This document shows, piece after piece, positions 11,210-23,857 of a DNA stretch of 64,000 nucleotides. The notes under the pieces were generated by a model that saw only the letters and a program-made list of their open reading frames with translations, was not told the DNA's origin and did no database searches. The position numbers and the translations under genes are program-made. Position 1 is the first letter of the stretch. Each line of letters opens with the position of its first letter. Source of the stretch: Macrostomum lignano (lineage: Eukaryota); the NCBI GenBank assembly GCA_002269645.1, contig NIVC01000356.1:1-64000 (forward strand), written 5' to 3'.

Positions 11210-14200
11210 TCAGTCCAAAACAAAGTCGGTCTCCTTCAGCCTCATCATTGTGTCGCCCACCAGTCGAATGTCGTTCATGTCAACGACAATGGAGGCGGCG
11301 ATGCGGATGAACAGCGAGTCCTCGATGTTGAGAATCAGCAGGTCCATTTTGAGCTTGTAGGCCAGGAATTTCCACATGTTGCTCTCGAATCTCGTCTCCT
11401 CGGCCTGCGATTTCAGGTTGCGGATGGGAAAGTAGAGAAGAAAGAGGAGAGGAGAGGAGAGGAGAGGATAGGAGAGGAGAAGAGAAGAGAGGAGAGGAGA
11501 GGAGAGGAGAGGAGAGGAGAGGAGAGGAGAGGAGAGGAGAGGAGAGGAGAGGAGAGGAGAGGAGAGGAGAGGAGAGGAGAGGAGAGGAGAGGAGAGAAGA
11601 GGAGAGGAGAGAAGAGGAGAGGAGAGGAGAGGAGAGGAGAGGAGAAGAGAGGAGAGGAGAGGAGAGGAGAGGACAGGAGAGGAGAGGAGAGGAAAAGAGA
11701 GGAGAGGAGAGGAGAGGAGAGGAGAGGAGAGGAGAGAGAGGAGAGGAGAGGAGAGGAGAGGAGAGGAGAGGAGAGGAGAGGAGAGGAGAGGAGAGGAGAG
11801 GAGAAGGAAAGAGAGGAGAGGAGAGGGAAAGAGAGGAGAGGAGAGGAGAGGAGAGGAGAGGAAAGGAGAAGGAAAGAGAGGAGAGGAGAGGGAAAGAGAG
11901 GAGAGGAGAGGAAAGGAGAAGGAAAGAGAGGAGAGGAGAGGAAAAGAGAGGAGAGGAGAAGGAAAGAGAGGAGAGGAGAGGGAAAGAGAGGGAGAGGAGA
12001 GGAGAGGAGAGAGAGAGAGGAGAGGAGAGGAGAGGAGAGGAGAGGAGAGGAGAGGAAGAGAGGAGAGGAGAGGAGAGGAGAGGACAGGAGAGAAGAGGAG
12101 AGGAGAGGAGAGAAGAGGAGAGGAGAGGAGAGGAGAGAAGAGGGAGGAGAGGAGAGGAGAGGAGAGGAGAGGAGAGGACAGGAGAGGAGAGGAGAGGAGA
12201 GGAGAAGAGAACTGAGGAGAGGAGAGGAGAGAAGAGGAGAGGAGAGGAGAGGAGAGAGAGGAGAGGAGAGGAGAGGAGAGGAGAGGAGAGAGAGGAGAAG
12301 AGAGAAGAGGAGAGGAGAGGAGAGAAGAGGAGAGGAGAGAGGAATGAAGAGAGGAGGTCACAAACTCGACCTCTCCAAAGAAGAACTCACAAACTTCTTG
12401 ATGGCGGGCCTCTGAAGATGCTGGGGTAGGCGGATGAGGCGCATGAACGGCGCCTGCATGTCAGCCGGCAGGGGCAGCAGGTCGGTGCCCCAGAATCCGG
12501 CCAGATAGCTGCTGGCCTCATCAGCAAGGCTGCGGCAGTATTCGTAAACTCTGTCCTGATGTGCATCGGTGAAGGTAACAGAGGTATGCTTCACTCATTC
12601 AGACAGTTGTTGAGCAGCCCCAATTGGCCAGCAGACACTCACCAGACCGCCGCAAATCTCGTCGATAAACTTCAAAGCTTCCGGGATGACGTAGAAGCTG
12701 CTGGTGTCCCTGGTGCCCAGGTAGGAGTACCTGTGCGGCAGCACCTCGTCATGGAGCAGCCAGGAGACAATGTCGGGTTTCATGGTGCTCACGTGAGCCT
12801 CGCCAATCCACATCAGAGCGACTGATTTCGGCAGGAAGTGCCACTTGTTGAGGTTGCCGAGGTAGAAGTCGGCGCCGATGTCCTCGATGTCCAGGTTTGG
12901 CACCTGGCCGATGGCGTGGGCCCCGTCGATGATCACCTTGATGCCCCGGCTGCGACACAGGGCTGTGAGCTCCTTCACTGGCATCAGGCAGGCCGTGGTG
13001 CTCGTGATATGGTCTAAATAGGGGATGTCGGATAAGCGTTGCTGGGAGCCCTAGCTGCGCAGTATCTGTCACCCTGCCTGTCACCTGTGTCACCCTGCCT
13101 GTCACCTGTGTCACCCTGCCTGTCACCTGTGTCACCCTGCCTGTCACATGTGTCACCATACCTGTCACCTGTGTCACCCTGTCTGTCACCTGTGTCACCC
13201 TGCCTGTCACCTGTGTCACCCTACCTGTCACCTGTGTCACCCTGCCTGTCACCTGTGTCACCCTGCCTGTCACCTGTGCCACACTACCTGTAACCTGTGT
13301 CACCCTGCCTGTCAACTGTGTCACCCTGCCTGTCACCTGTGTCACCCTGCCTGTCACCTGTGTCACCCTGCCTGTCACCTGTGTCACCCTGCCTGTCACC
13401 TGTGCCACACTACCTGTAACCTGTGTCACCCTGCCTGTCAACTGTGTCACCCTGCCTGTCACCTGTGTCACCCTACCTGTCACCTGTAACCTGTGTCACT
13501 CTAACTGTCACCTGTGTCACCCTACCTGTCACCTGTGTCACCCTACCTGTCACCTGTGTCACCCTACCTGTCACCTGTGTCACACTACCTGTCACCTGTG
13601 TCACTCTACCTGTCACCTGTCACCTGTGTCACCCTACCTGTCCCCTGTGTCATCCTACCTGTCACCTGTGTCACTCTACCTATCACCTGTGTCACCCTAA
13701 CTGTCACCTGTGTCACCCTACCTGTCACCTGTGTCACTCTAACTGTCACCTGTGTCACCCTACCTGTCACCTGTGTCACCCTAACTGTCACCTGTGTCAC
13801 CCTACCTGTCACCTGTGTCACCCTAACTGTCACCTGTGTCACCCTACCTGTCACCTGGGTCACCCACCTCATCGCCTGTCCCCCAGCTACATTCCTAAAT
13901 TCTCCAGTGGGGTCGCACCGAACACAGCAATTCGAACTTTCGGCCTCCTGTCCAGCTCCTGCTCGACCGCCCGCAGCACGTCCTCGCCCGACTTCAGCGG
14001 CAGTTGAAGCTTCGCTTCGGGCGCCTCCCCGGCCTCCGTAGCAGCCATCCTGACGGCGATGTAGGTCCAGGAGTTGATGAGCACCTGGGAGCCGGGCGGC
14101 TCCAGGGCCAACAGCCGGCGCAGAATGTTGGACACTCCGATGGTGACATTCTCCAGAAGGGCGCACTGCTGCGGCCGCACCCGAAGGCGCCTGGCGATGG

Positions 14201-15435
14201 CCTCCAGGCTGCTGTAGTTCAGATCCACCTGGCGGAGTCGAACGAACTCGTCGGCGAACGACTCGAACTCTTCGGTGAGTCTGCGGGCGGCAGATCAAAG
14301 GGAATGCTCAAGTAGGAGGTAGAGCTGTCTTATAAAATATTTGAAGCGGAAGGCTGAAGGCAGTGTCTGAAGGATCCGCTAAGGGTGTCTGTGCAGGATC
14401 CGCTAAGGGTGTCTGTGCAGGATCCGCTAAGGGTGTCTGTGGGATCCGCTAAGGGTGTCTGTGCAGGATCCGCTAAGGGTGTCTGTGCGATCCGCTAAAG
14501 TGTCTGTGCGATCCGCTAAGAGTGTTTGAGGGATCCGCTAAGGGTATTTGAGGGATCCGCTAAGGGTGTCTGTGGAATCCGCTAAGGGTGTCTGTGGGAT
14601 CCGCTAAGGGTGTCTGAAGGATCCGCCAAGGCTGTCTGAGGGATCCGCTAAGGGTGTCTGAAGGATCCGCCAAGGCTGTCTGTGGGATCCGCTAAGGCTG
14701 TCTGTGGGATCCGCCAAGGCTGTCTGTGGGATCCGCCAAGGCTGTCTGAGGGATCCGCTAAGGGTGTCTGAAGGATCCGCCAAGGCTGTCTGTGGGATCC
14801 GCTAAGGCTGTCCGTGGGATCCGCTAAGGGTGTCTGTGGGATCCGCTAAGGGTGTCTGAGGGATCCGCTAAGGGTGTCTGAGGGATCCGCTAAGGGTGTC
14901 TGAGGGATCCGCTAAGGGTGTCTGAGGGATCCGCTAAGGGTGTCTGAAGGATCCGCCAAGGCTGTCTGAGGGATCCGCTAAGGGTGTCTGAGGGATCCGC
15001 TAAGGGATGTCAGACGGCCGCCACAAATAATTTTAAGTATTAGAAACGTCCTTAGGACTTTTTAGAATCTCTGAGAACTCTGAGAATTTGAGAAATCCTA
15101 TCATTTCATGTATTCATTACTTCAAGGGATCAGGAATCATTTGTACCGCAGTTTGCAATCCAGAACGCTCTTCGGTGCCACCCCGAACGAGCCATTGTTC
15201 AGCATGAGGACGCCACGGCGAGCCACGTGGGGAAAGTGCTGCTCAAGCATCGGCCTGCCGAACTCAGCGGCTTGGAGCTGGCCGGATGTTTCTAAAAATA
15301 GAATTTTGAAGGGTGGATGAGGGGCGCTAATGAGGGGCGCTAATGAGCGGCGCTAATGAAGGGTTGTAATAAGAGGGGCAGTAATATTTTACTACATTCA
15401 AACTTGTTTCTCTTACCAGCTTCAGTTTCATCCAT
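11210..15435 (-). CDS. Class-V PLP-dependent C-S lyase-like enzyme (Egt2/hercynylcysteine sulfoxide lyase / L-cysteine desulfhydrase / IPN-epimerase-like), copy A, 6 exons, 418 aa
   Basis: Exons 15435-15417, 15291-15147, 14280-13919, 13013-12643, 12555-12391, 11404-11210 total 1257 nt and are phase-consistent. Motifs: EFGRPM…[51 protein letters not shown] (PLP Lys). Confidence 0.9.
11440..12350. repeat. (GAGAG)n pentamer array in lyase copy A intron 5
   Basis: Visible purine microsatellite; its mirror (CTCTC)n lies at 27400-28160. Confidence 0.95.
13060..13870. repeat. 21-bp minisatellite (sense GTGACACAGGTGACAGGTAGG) in lyase copy A intron 3
   Basis: Tandem units; mirror at 25750-26690. 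Confidence 0.95.
14360..15010. repeat. ~20-22-bp GGATCCGCTAAGGGTGTCTG minisatellite in lyase copy A intron 2
   Basis: Tandem units each with a GGATCC site; mirror at 24525-25260. Confidence 0.95.
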
Positions 15436-15879
15436 TGCCGTCAGAGTTGAAATAGACTTTGTTAATTTAAACTTAACTTTTTGAACTTTGAAGGCTAAAT
15501 CGAAGGCTAAAACTGGCCTTGTGCTGCCGCCTGAAGCAGTGTCGCCTCTTTTAAAAGAAAATTATTCAACAGCTTTGTAACTTCGAACCAGTGTTAAATT
15601 TTGTCCGCAGATAGATAAAACTGGCAAAAAGGCGTTGCTTTTGATCTTATCTACGACTTCGGCACCATAACTGCATAGCGAGAGACAGCCTGAGCTATCT
15701 GTTCACCAAAATCTACTACAAACGCGTGAAAAGCTTCGGCTTCTTGATTTCTCCAAGGTTGGCCTGAATTGCGGGAAAGCGCAGGTGAAACCTTAACAGC
15801 CAAGGCCATTAACTTCTGCGGTGCAAGTCAAGGACATTTTTGCTGCTAAAATGATTAAAATTGCCTACAAAATGACAGA

Positions 15880-16030
15880 CCCCCGATCCCAGATCCCCGA
15901 TCCCAGATCCCCGATCTCAGATCCCCGATCCCAGATCCCCGATCCCAGATCCCCGATCCCAGATCCCCGATCCCAGATCCCAGATCCCAAATCCTCGATC
16001 CCAGATCCCAGATCCCAAATCCTCGATCCT
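15880..16030. repeat. 14-bp CCCCGATCCCAGAT array
   Basis: Tandem units; a longer mirror lies at 23140-23435. Confidence 0.9.
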
Positions 16031-16320
16031 AAATAGCATAATAATATACTCGAATATTTTTGAAAATAGACAAGCAAACTTTATTAAAAATAAACAGCAA
16101 GGCACTAATTGTGTTAAACAAAAGCCAGGATTCACGATGTACTCTAAGAAAATTGATTGAGCATAGTTTTTCATGCATAATTTGAATGAGAAAAAGTCAG
16201 CAGAAACGTTCTTGTCCACAATAGTAAGGTTGCAGTCGGATTCTGATCAAAACCGCGGTTCGCAAGTGGCGCTCATTGGATGAAGTCCCGGACAGGACAG
16301 AAACGGCAGGCCGTGAACGG

Positions 16321-16675
16321 CAGTGTCAGGCAGTGTCAGGCAGTGTCAGGCAGTGTCAGGCAGTGTCAGGCAGTGTCAGGCAGTGTCAGGCAGTGTCAGG
16401 CAGTGTCAGGCAGTGTCAGGCAGTGTCAGGCAGTGTCAGGCAGTGTCAGGCAGTGTCAGGCAGTGTCAGGCAGTGTCAGGCAGTGTCAGGCAGTGTCAGG
16501 CAGTGTCAGGCAGTGTCAGGCAGTGTCAGGCAGTGTCAGGCAGTGTCAGGCAGTGTCAGGCAGTGTCAGGCAGTGTCAGGCAGTGTCAGGCAGTGTCAGG
16601 CAGTGTCAGGCAGTGTCAGGCAGTGTCAGGCAGTGTCAGGCAGTGTCAGGCAGTGTCAGGCAGTGTCAGGCAGTG
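16321..16675. repeat. (CAGTGTCAGG)35 perfect decamer array
   Basis: 35 identical units 16321-16670 followed by CAGTG. Confidence 0.98.
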
Positions 16676-19600
16676 CTCCATCCACGCAGCGCGGACGCTG
16701 TCCACATCGGTACAGGTGAAGCACTGCTTGATGACCCCGTTCCAATCAGCAATGCTGGGCAGCCGCCGGCCCATAGCGAAGATGCTGAGCGCCATACGCG
16801 GGAGGAGTACGCTACCGTAGCAGTCCTTTGGAGTTCGAGCAAAAGTTTTTTTGTTTAGGCAGCAAATGCAGCGGGTGAGCGATTTACCAGCGACATCAGT
16901 TATTAGGATTGGAGAAGGGTTCAGAAAACAAAATAGGAACAGAGTGGAAGAGAGTGGAAGAGAGTGGGAGAGAGTGGAAGAGAGTGGGAGAGAGTGGGAG
17001 AGAGTGGAACAGGAAAAATAATGGAGGGGCAAGTATATCAGAGCGGAGAAAGTCGAGAACGGGATATAAGTACATACCCTCATGCAAGTATTGATCAGTT
17101 AATCAAAAGATTACTGATCAGTGATTCAATTTCAATATCTAGCATTTCGCAGCCCTATAATGAGATTTTTACCTGCACCGTGAACTTCCTCGGCGACAGG
17201 TAAAGCTGCTGCAGTTTGTGCTTGGACTCTGCCAGCCGCTGCCAGCCCGGGGAGTCACTCCAGCACGGGAAGGTGACGAAGAACCAGCAAGCGCCGCTGG
17301 CATCTCTAGGAATAATCGAGGGGTGAAGGACTGAGATATTGGAACTCATAGTGCTAATAATAGTGCTTGACTGTGGAGTGTGTACCTGCAGGCTTCTAGG
17401 CAGGAGTACAAAGTTCATGTGATTGAATTACGTGCTCATCGGAGACAAACAGACATATCTTAATACTGATTTACTACTGTATGTCATCCGGATGTACTAA
17501 GCATGTCATCCCGGATGTACTAAAAAAGCATGTCATCCCAGATGTACTAAGCATGTCATCCCGGGATGTACTAAGCATGCCACCCCATGATGTACTAAGC
17601 ATGCCACCCCTGGATGTACTAAGCATGCCACCCCGGGATGTACTAAGCATGTCATCCTGGATGTACTAAGCATGCCACCCCGGGATGTACTAAGCATGTC
17701 ATCCTGGATGTACTAAGCATGCCATCCGGATGTATTCAACATTGATACCGGATGCATTCAACATCCGTTCCGGATGTACACATAGAGTATACTCAAACAC
17801 GTTCAAATACCTGTTCAAATAGTCCAACACCTTGTTGGCGACTTGCAACATTAGCTCCTCGATAAAAGGTGGATTAACTGTCCAGCCTCCTGGATAGTGG
17901 CTGAAGTCCACGGCGAAGAAGTCGCCAAGGCTGCCAAACGGAGCGTCCGTGTCCGGGAACAGGCTGCAAAATGCGACGCCCGGTTTTCCTAGCAGTTTCG
18001 AATTCAAAGGCGATGCGAATCCTTCATAGCGCACGCCCATGTGTTCGTACAGTGCGTGGTGCACTGTGACCGGGTCGCCCCACTGCAGGCTGCCTGTGCC
18101 CAGAGTCTCGTACCGTAACAGCATCCGGGCCGTAGCTTTTAAGCCGAAATTTCTTACCAAAAAGCTGATTCTAGGACAGCATGGACTGGCGTAGCCATCA
18201 GACAAACTTAAAGAGTTTTGGTGACCTGCAGAGAGGTTGAGGTTTGAAAATCAATCAATAAATCAAATCAACTGCCGAACTAAAACAGTCTCAGAAAATA
18301 TATTAAGTACACAGTGTGCTTTAACTCACAGCCAATAAGCAGCTGTCCTTCAACCTCCGATTCCTTGCACTCGCTGTCATCTCCGAGGTCACCATTCTGT
18401 TGGCGTCGCCGTTCCAAGAAGACCACACTGACGCCGCCTGCATTGCCTGGCTGCCGATCTGGTGATTGGATCAGCTGGTCGATTGTCTGCTCAAACTGAG
18501 ACACCGCGTCTACCAGGACCCGAGCGATTCGCTGCGCGTTGCTTCGGGACGCGCTGAACTTCTTTTCCACGCACTCATCGATCTGTCGGGGAAAAAAGTT
18601 TTCTTGCTCAATGGAGACAGCCAACTCGGAGAGTAGGCAATTAAGATTGGCCTCTGAGCTGACCTCTAAGCATTCAAACATTTACGTATGATACGTACGT
18701 ATGCTACTAGGCTTCTTCCACAGACAGCGATTGAGAATTGACATTGTAACACGATTTAAATGTGTAAAAGAATGCTTAAAACCCCAAGACTGCGGATGGC
18801 CTGCTCTGCAGGTCATGGTCTCATATCTATGGTCTGCGGCTCAATTTGCTGCTGATATGTTAAAACATTTCTAATGAGTCTTAGTTTGCGGCTGTGGCCT
18901 GCATGGCCATGAAAAATTCGGTTGTTTTAAGTAACTTTTTTGTTCCTTTTGAACATCTGATTTTTTCTATACTATGGCGCAACAGGGATACTAAACGAGT
19001 TATGAATTGTGAATATATTTTCTCAACAGTCATTGGAACAGTGAATAAAAGTTCAAAGACATAGTGAAAAATTTACGAAAACAAGTAATACGAACAAGTT
19101 TAAAATGATAAGCGAGTAATTCAACAACGACCAACAAACATCGATAACACCAAGTACGAGTAGCAGTCATAGGCATAACAGCAGGTGAGTCACAATTTAA
19201 CAAATAGTTATACATGTAATTAATTTTGATTGGCATGCCAATCTCCGAAGCAGGGCACAGCGCAAAGACCTGGATTTCCCTGGCAGTGATCGCAGCAATA
19301 GACAGTTTTCTGTATCGTGCTGCTAATTACGCGTGCACTCGTGGCCTGGACATCTATATAAGTGATGTAACCACGCTCTGGTCGCGGGATAGGGCATGGG
19401 AACTTTTTCGTAAGTGCCTCCTATCCCGTGTACCCCCCTGCACAGAGCTGTCGAGACTCGGCCAGGTCTCCGACCAGGCCTGGAGACTCCCGCTCTGCTG
19501 CACCCCCCCTGCTGCCTTGGTTCCGTCTCCCCTGCCGCCACACCTGCCTTTCCGGAGCCCCCTATCCCTCTCTGTACTTCCCCCTCTACCTTATCTCCCC

Positions 19601-22421
19601 TGTGCTCCACCCTAGTCTTCTTGCACTTTCCCTATCTTCCCTCTTTTTGTCTCCCTCTGCACTCTTTTCCTGCGCTGTCCCCTCTTTCCCTGTGTCTACT
19701 TACAGTATTTTGTGTGCTCACCGCCTCCCCATCCCCTCTCAAACTCCCAAACGGTGACGCAAGTCGTGTGACCCCTTCTCCCCCTCGGTGACTCATCGAT
19801 GACTCATCCCCCTCTCTTGCGCAACCTTTTCTCACGCCATTGTTCTTCCCCCCAAATTTCTCATGCGACACCCACCCCACCTCCGCTTCTATTGTTCTCG
19901 TTTTTGATTCTTTTGTTCTCTCGACCCCCACCAATTATCACATTTCCTCCGATTTTCTCTTTCTTTTGTTCTCGTTTTCGCACCTAATTATCACCTTTTC
20001 TCCAATGTTTACTTTTCCATTGTTCTCAGTTTTCCCCAATTATCCCCGATTTCCAATTCCTTTGTTCTCGACCCCGGCCCCATTGTTCTCAATGTTTGCT
20101 TGCGCAACACTTTCGCGACCTCCCGCTGCGCCAATTATCCCCCCACCCCGCCTCCGGATTGCGCAATTTCCCTATTTCTCATGTTGCTATGCCGGTCTCA
20201 TGCTTCTCATCATGACTCATTCTGACGTCATTCTGCCGGCAGCCAATCAGAGAGAGGGAGTCATGGAAACGACCTTGGAGCGGCGGCTGGGAAGGCTATA
20301 AAAGGAAGCGATTTCGGCATGAGAATCCTCAGCTCTTTGGCCACGGGTGCCCACCTTCGGGCTCCTAGTCTTTCTTTAGACTTGCCGTCAGACTGAGTTC
20401 TGACCCATTCGTCTATAAGACGAATCCCTGCCGGTCCGCGGTCTGTTACCGCCAAGTTATCTTCAGCTCCCCAAGTGAGCTCGCCTATCGGCCAGCGGTC
20501 TGACACCGCCCAGCATCATCAGCTTCGCCTGATCTACACCAGCGCCTCGTCGCTTCAGCGCTTCGCCGCTTCACTGTCTGCCTGACTGCAGCCTACAGCC
20601 GCCCTCGGTCACTCCGCCTCTCTCTCTCTCTCTGTGCAGCTGCCGGTAAGTTCCTATTACTGATTTGTGCTCTAATTGCCTTTGCTTATCCGGAGTTTGC
20701 CTATTTTTCCATTGTCTGATTAGAGAGCTGAGCCAGTTGTGATACCGTACCTTTTGCTGTATTTTTACTCAATAGTGAAGCCGCCTAATTGCCTGCTTAT
20801 TTGCCTAAGGGCCTAATTATTAACTATTAACTAACCTCATCATTATTCACTCTTTCACCATCATTTCACTCATGGCTTGCTAAGCCTTTCTCCCGGGGTG
20901 GCAAAGCATAAGGAAGTTGGGTAAGCTAATGGCCTCTCCCCGTGCAAAGCCCGCCTGTGAGTGCGTGCTGCGGGGCCGCGTGTGCGTGCAGTAGAGGGAT
21001 TAGCGAGTCTTGGCACAGAATGGCAGTAGGAAGGTTGCAACCCCATGCTGACGCGTCCCTTCGCCCTGAGCAATCTAAACCATAGACAGTACATGTTCGC
21101 CTCATACTACTCTTAGTAATCAAAGTCGCAAGTCAGCCTCGCTCACAGCCACAAAGGATCCCCTGCTGAGAAATCCTCCAGATTGAGCCCAGAGTTCCCG
21201 ATCATGCCCCAAGCAGAGTCCCTGTACTCGGCTGCATGTGTCTCCCCTGTTAGCCTAAATCTCCTGGTAACCATCCCAGGCGGGGCTCTAGCCTCGAGAG
21301 GTCTAGTAGAAAGATCCAGGTGCGCCAGGTCACATAGAGTGGTGGCAGCCACTCGGTCATACTATGACCGAGTGACCAACTATTGCACCTTGGCTACAGG
21401 TGGGCTCCATGTGGGTCCTTGGCCCTCTGGTCACGAAGCGCTACCAAAGCTATCAATCATGTGGGCGGGACAGTCTGGTGCTGGAGGTCCGTCAGGTCAT
21501 TGCCCGGTCATAGGCAGCCTACGGTCATTGCCCCCTCTAGTCATGCGTTCGTCTCTCTACGGAGCGGACAGGCGACAAGGGCGGTTACATCATAAGCACT
21601 AAAAACAGACTTTTGAACCCCTCAACGTCAAAATTGAATAGCGATTTGTCAGTTTTGATAGCTCCTAGTTCAAAATTGAACGCAAAAAGGTGTAGAACGC
21701 TCGTTTTCATCTATTTGCTAAAGGCCGGCTATCTCTGGGGCATTTAGAATGCTCCAGAGAACGCAGCGTTGAATAGACTTTTGCCCAGTCCCATTTCTCA
21801 AGAGCAAATTACTAAATGGACCAGCGATACAACAGCTACGTTCTTTACCGACCCCAGCTCATTTCTAGGAAAATTCAGTGTGCACGTAGCGTCCTTTGTA
21901 CCTTGGGTTCATGAGTCTTGCTTGTATGGAGCACAATATGCAGCTTTAGGAGTCGAGGCTCATTGGGGACTTGGCTGAAATGCCGTGGCTTAAGGGGGTT
22001 GCTCAGATATTTTGCTAATTGCTAGGAAACATACAACAAAGCAAAAATGGCAGTAAAAATACGCATGACTAATACAGACCAACTTTTGGCTAGCGAACGT
22101 TTCAGTGCCCAATAGACCTGGGAAAATTGGTAGTGACAGCGAACGAGCTCCACAACATTCTTCGCTGCGACTCTCCAGTTGAAAGGACAGGAGCCAGCGA
22201 TCAAAGATATTCCTGGCCTCGGCCTGGTCCTGCTCTCGAGTCCGATGCATTGGTCCGTCGCCCACTTGAACAAACACCCGACAAAGTTGCCGAGTCAGGC
22301 GCCAGAGGTTCAACTCGCGGAGCAGCAGCTCTGATGCGACGATTCGCTCTACCTCGACCAGTTGAAGTTGATCGGCACCGGCAGCTTTGCTCTTTTGTAA
22401 CTCAACCGCAGCTTGAGACAT
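16646..22421 (-). CDS. PCIF1-like: PCIF1/CAPAM-like SAM-dependent N6-adenine methyltransferase lacking a WW domain, 5 exons, 455 aa
   Basis: Exons 22421-22118, 18665-18330, 18225-17811, 17305-17173, 16825-16646 total 1368 nt and are phase-consistent. Motifs: NIFDRWLL (helical domain), MLLRYE, EGFASPLN, FCSLFPDTDAPFGSLGDFF, NPPFIEELM, FFVTFPCWSDSP. There is an in-frame TGA six codons upstream of the ATG. Confidence 0.85.
17480..17740. repeat. 21-bp minisatellite (CATCCCGGATGTACTAAGCAT-like) in PCIF1-like intron 3
   Basis: Tandem units visible. Confidence 0.9.
19363..21592 (+). mobile_element. 2230-bp solo-LTR-like element in PCIF1-like intron 1 (antisense)
   Basis: Ends TGATGTAACC…GGTTACATCA (10-bp perfect inverted ends, TG…CA). 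TSD TAAG at 19359-19362 and 21593-21596. Internal CCAAT/TATA promoter and no convincing ORF. Confidence 0.8.
20213..20303 (+). promoter_or_regulatory. Pol II promoter module inside the LTR-like element
   Basis: TGACTCA (AP-1-type) 20213, TGACGTCA (CRE) 20223, CCAAT 20243, TATAAAA 20297. Further TGACTCA at 19789 and 19800; splice donor G|GTAAGT at 20646. Confidence 0.65.
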
Positions 22422-23857
22422 TTTCAATGAGTCAACTTTTCAATGAGTCAATTCAATTCTTGTCCAGCACAGATTGCTAATCAATATTATTTATAGCTCT
22501 CAGAGGGGGGGGGGGGCTCGTCTAGCCAAAAAGCGTAGTACATATGCGCGAGCTATAATCACTAAAATAATTCCAGTCTAGGCGCAAAGCTCATGTAGCA
22601 AACCGGTAAATGGGCGGAATGACTGTTTGTATTCTCAGTGCTCATTTTTTTAGCTGAAAGCACTCTGGCTGTACGCTGGGTTGGCAAGAATACACTTGCC
22701 TTAGGAGAGGAAGGGAGAGAGAAGGGACAGACGAGACTACGAGCTCATGGAGCACCGCTTCCTTCCGAAAGAGAGGAGAGCTTACTGTGTTACACAAGTA
22801 CATGTAGTCAAGGCTCGTAGCGCACACTCTCATCTGCAGTTTGTGTCGACATTTCTTTGAAAATAAGCAGCAAAAGTAACCTACTATAATGACATCTGCT
22901 TACGTTTGTCTTGTTTAATAGCTCGTTCAGACCGTTTTTAAATTAGGCCAACGTTTTGCCACTGCGCGGTTTGTCATTTGTTCAGTTCATCGAGTCGCCT
23001 GGTTTTATGGCTCATTCGATGGGGCATTAACGCGCCATTGTTTAATGAACAGCAGTCTTAACACAAATTCAAATGAGCACTACTAGGCACCCTCTTATAT
23101 TGTATCAGGTTTTGGCACCCTGTTCCAGCGCCCCTGGTCGGGGATCTGGGATCGGGGATCTGGGATCGGGGATCTGGGATCGGGGATCTGGGATCGGGGA
23201 TCTGGGATCGGGGATCTGGGATCGGGGATCTGGGATCGGGGATCTGGGATCGGGGATCTGGGATCGGGGATCTGGGATCGGGGATCTGGGATCGGGGATC
23301 TGGGATCGGGGATCTGGGATCGGGGATCTGGGATCGGGGATCTGGGATCGGGGATCTGGGATCGGGGATCTGGGATCGGGGATCGGGGATCGGGGATCTG
23401 GGATCGGGGATCTGGGATCGGGGATCTGGGATCGGGGAAAAAATCTCTTTGACTTGTACCGCAGAAGTTAATGGCGTTGGCTGTTTAGGTTTCAACCGCG
23501 GACTTCCCCGCAAATTCAGGCCAATCTCGCATAAATTCAGGCCATTCTCGGGTTTTCACGCATGTTTGTTGTAGATTTCGGTGAACAGATTAGCTTAGGC
23601 TGTCTTTCGCTATACATTTTTGGTATCAAACTCTCGCTGATAAGATCAATAGCAACGACTTTTTGCCAGTTTTATCTATCAGACAAAAGTTATGACCAGT
23701 TCGATGTTTAAATAACAAAGTAGGTGAAAAAAATTCTTTTAAAAGAGGAGGCAGTGCTTCAGATCTCAGCACAGGGTCCGTTCTTCGCTTCGATTTAGCT
23801 TTCAAAATTAAAAAGGTTAAGTTTATATTTACAAATTCTATTTTAACTCCGACAGCG

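Larger units (their letters stand above)
10680..16030 (-). repeat. Left arm of inverted segmental duplication (partner ~23135-28900)
   Basis: Exons, introns, intronic arrays, the GATCCCA array and flanks all have reverse-complement counterparts in 23135-28900. Confidence 0.95.

Noticed and set aside
16280-16858. Plus-strand 192-aa ORF spanning the decamer array
   Set aside because: It is repeat-derived and antisense to the PCIF1-like last exon.
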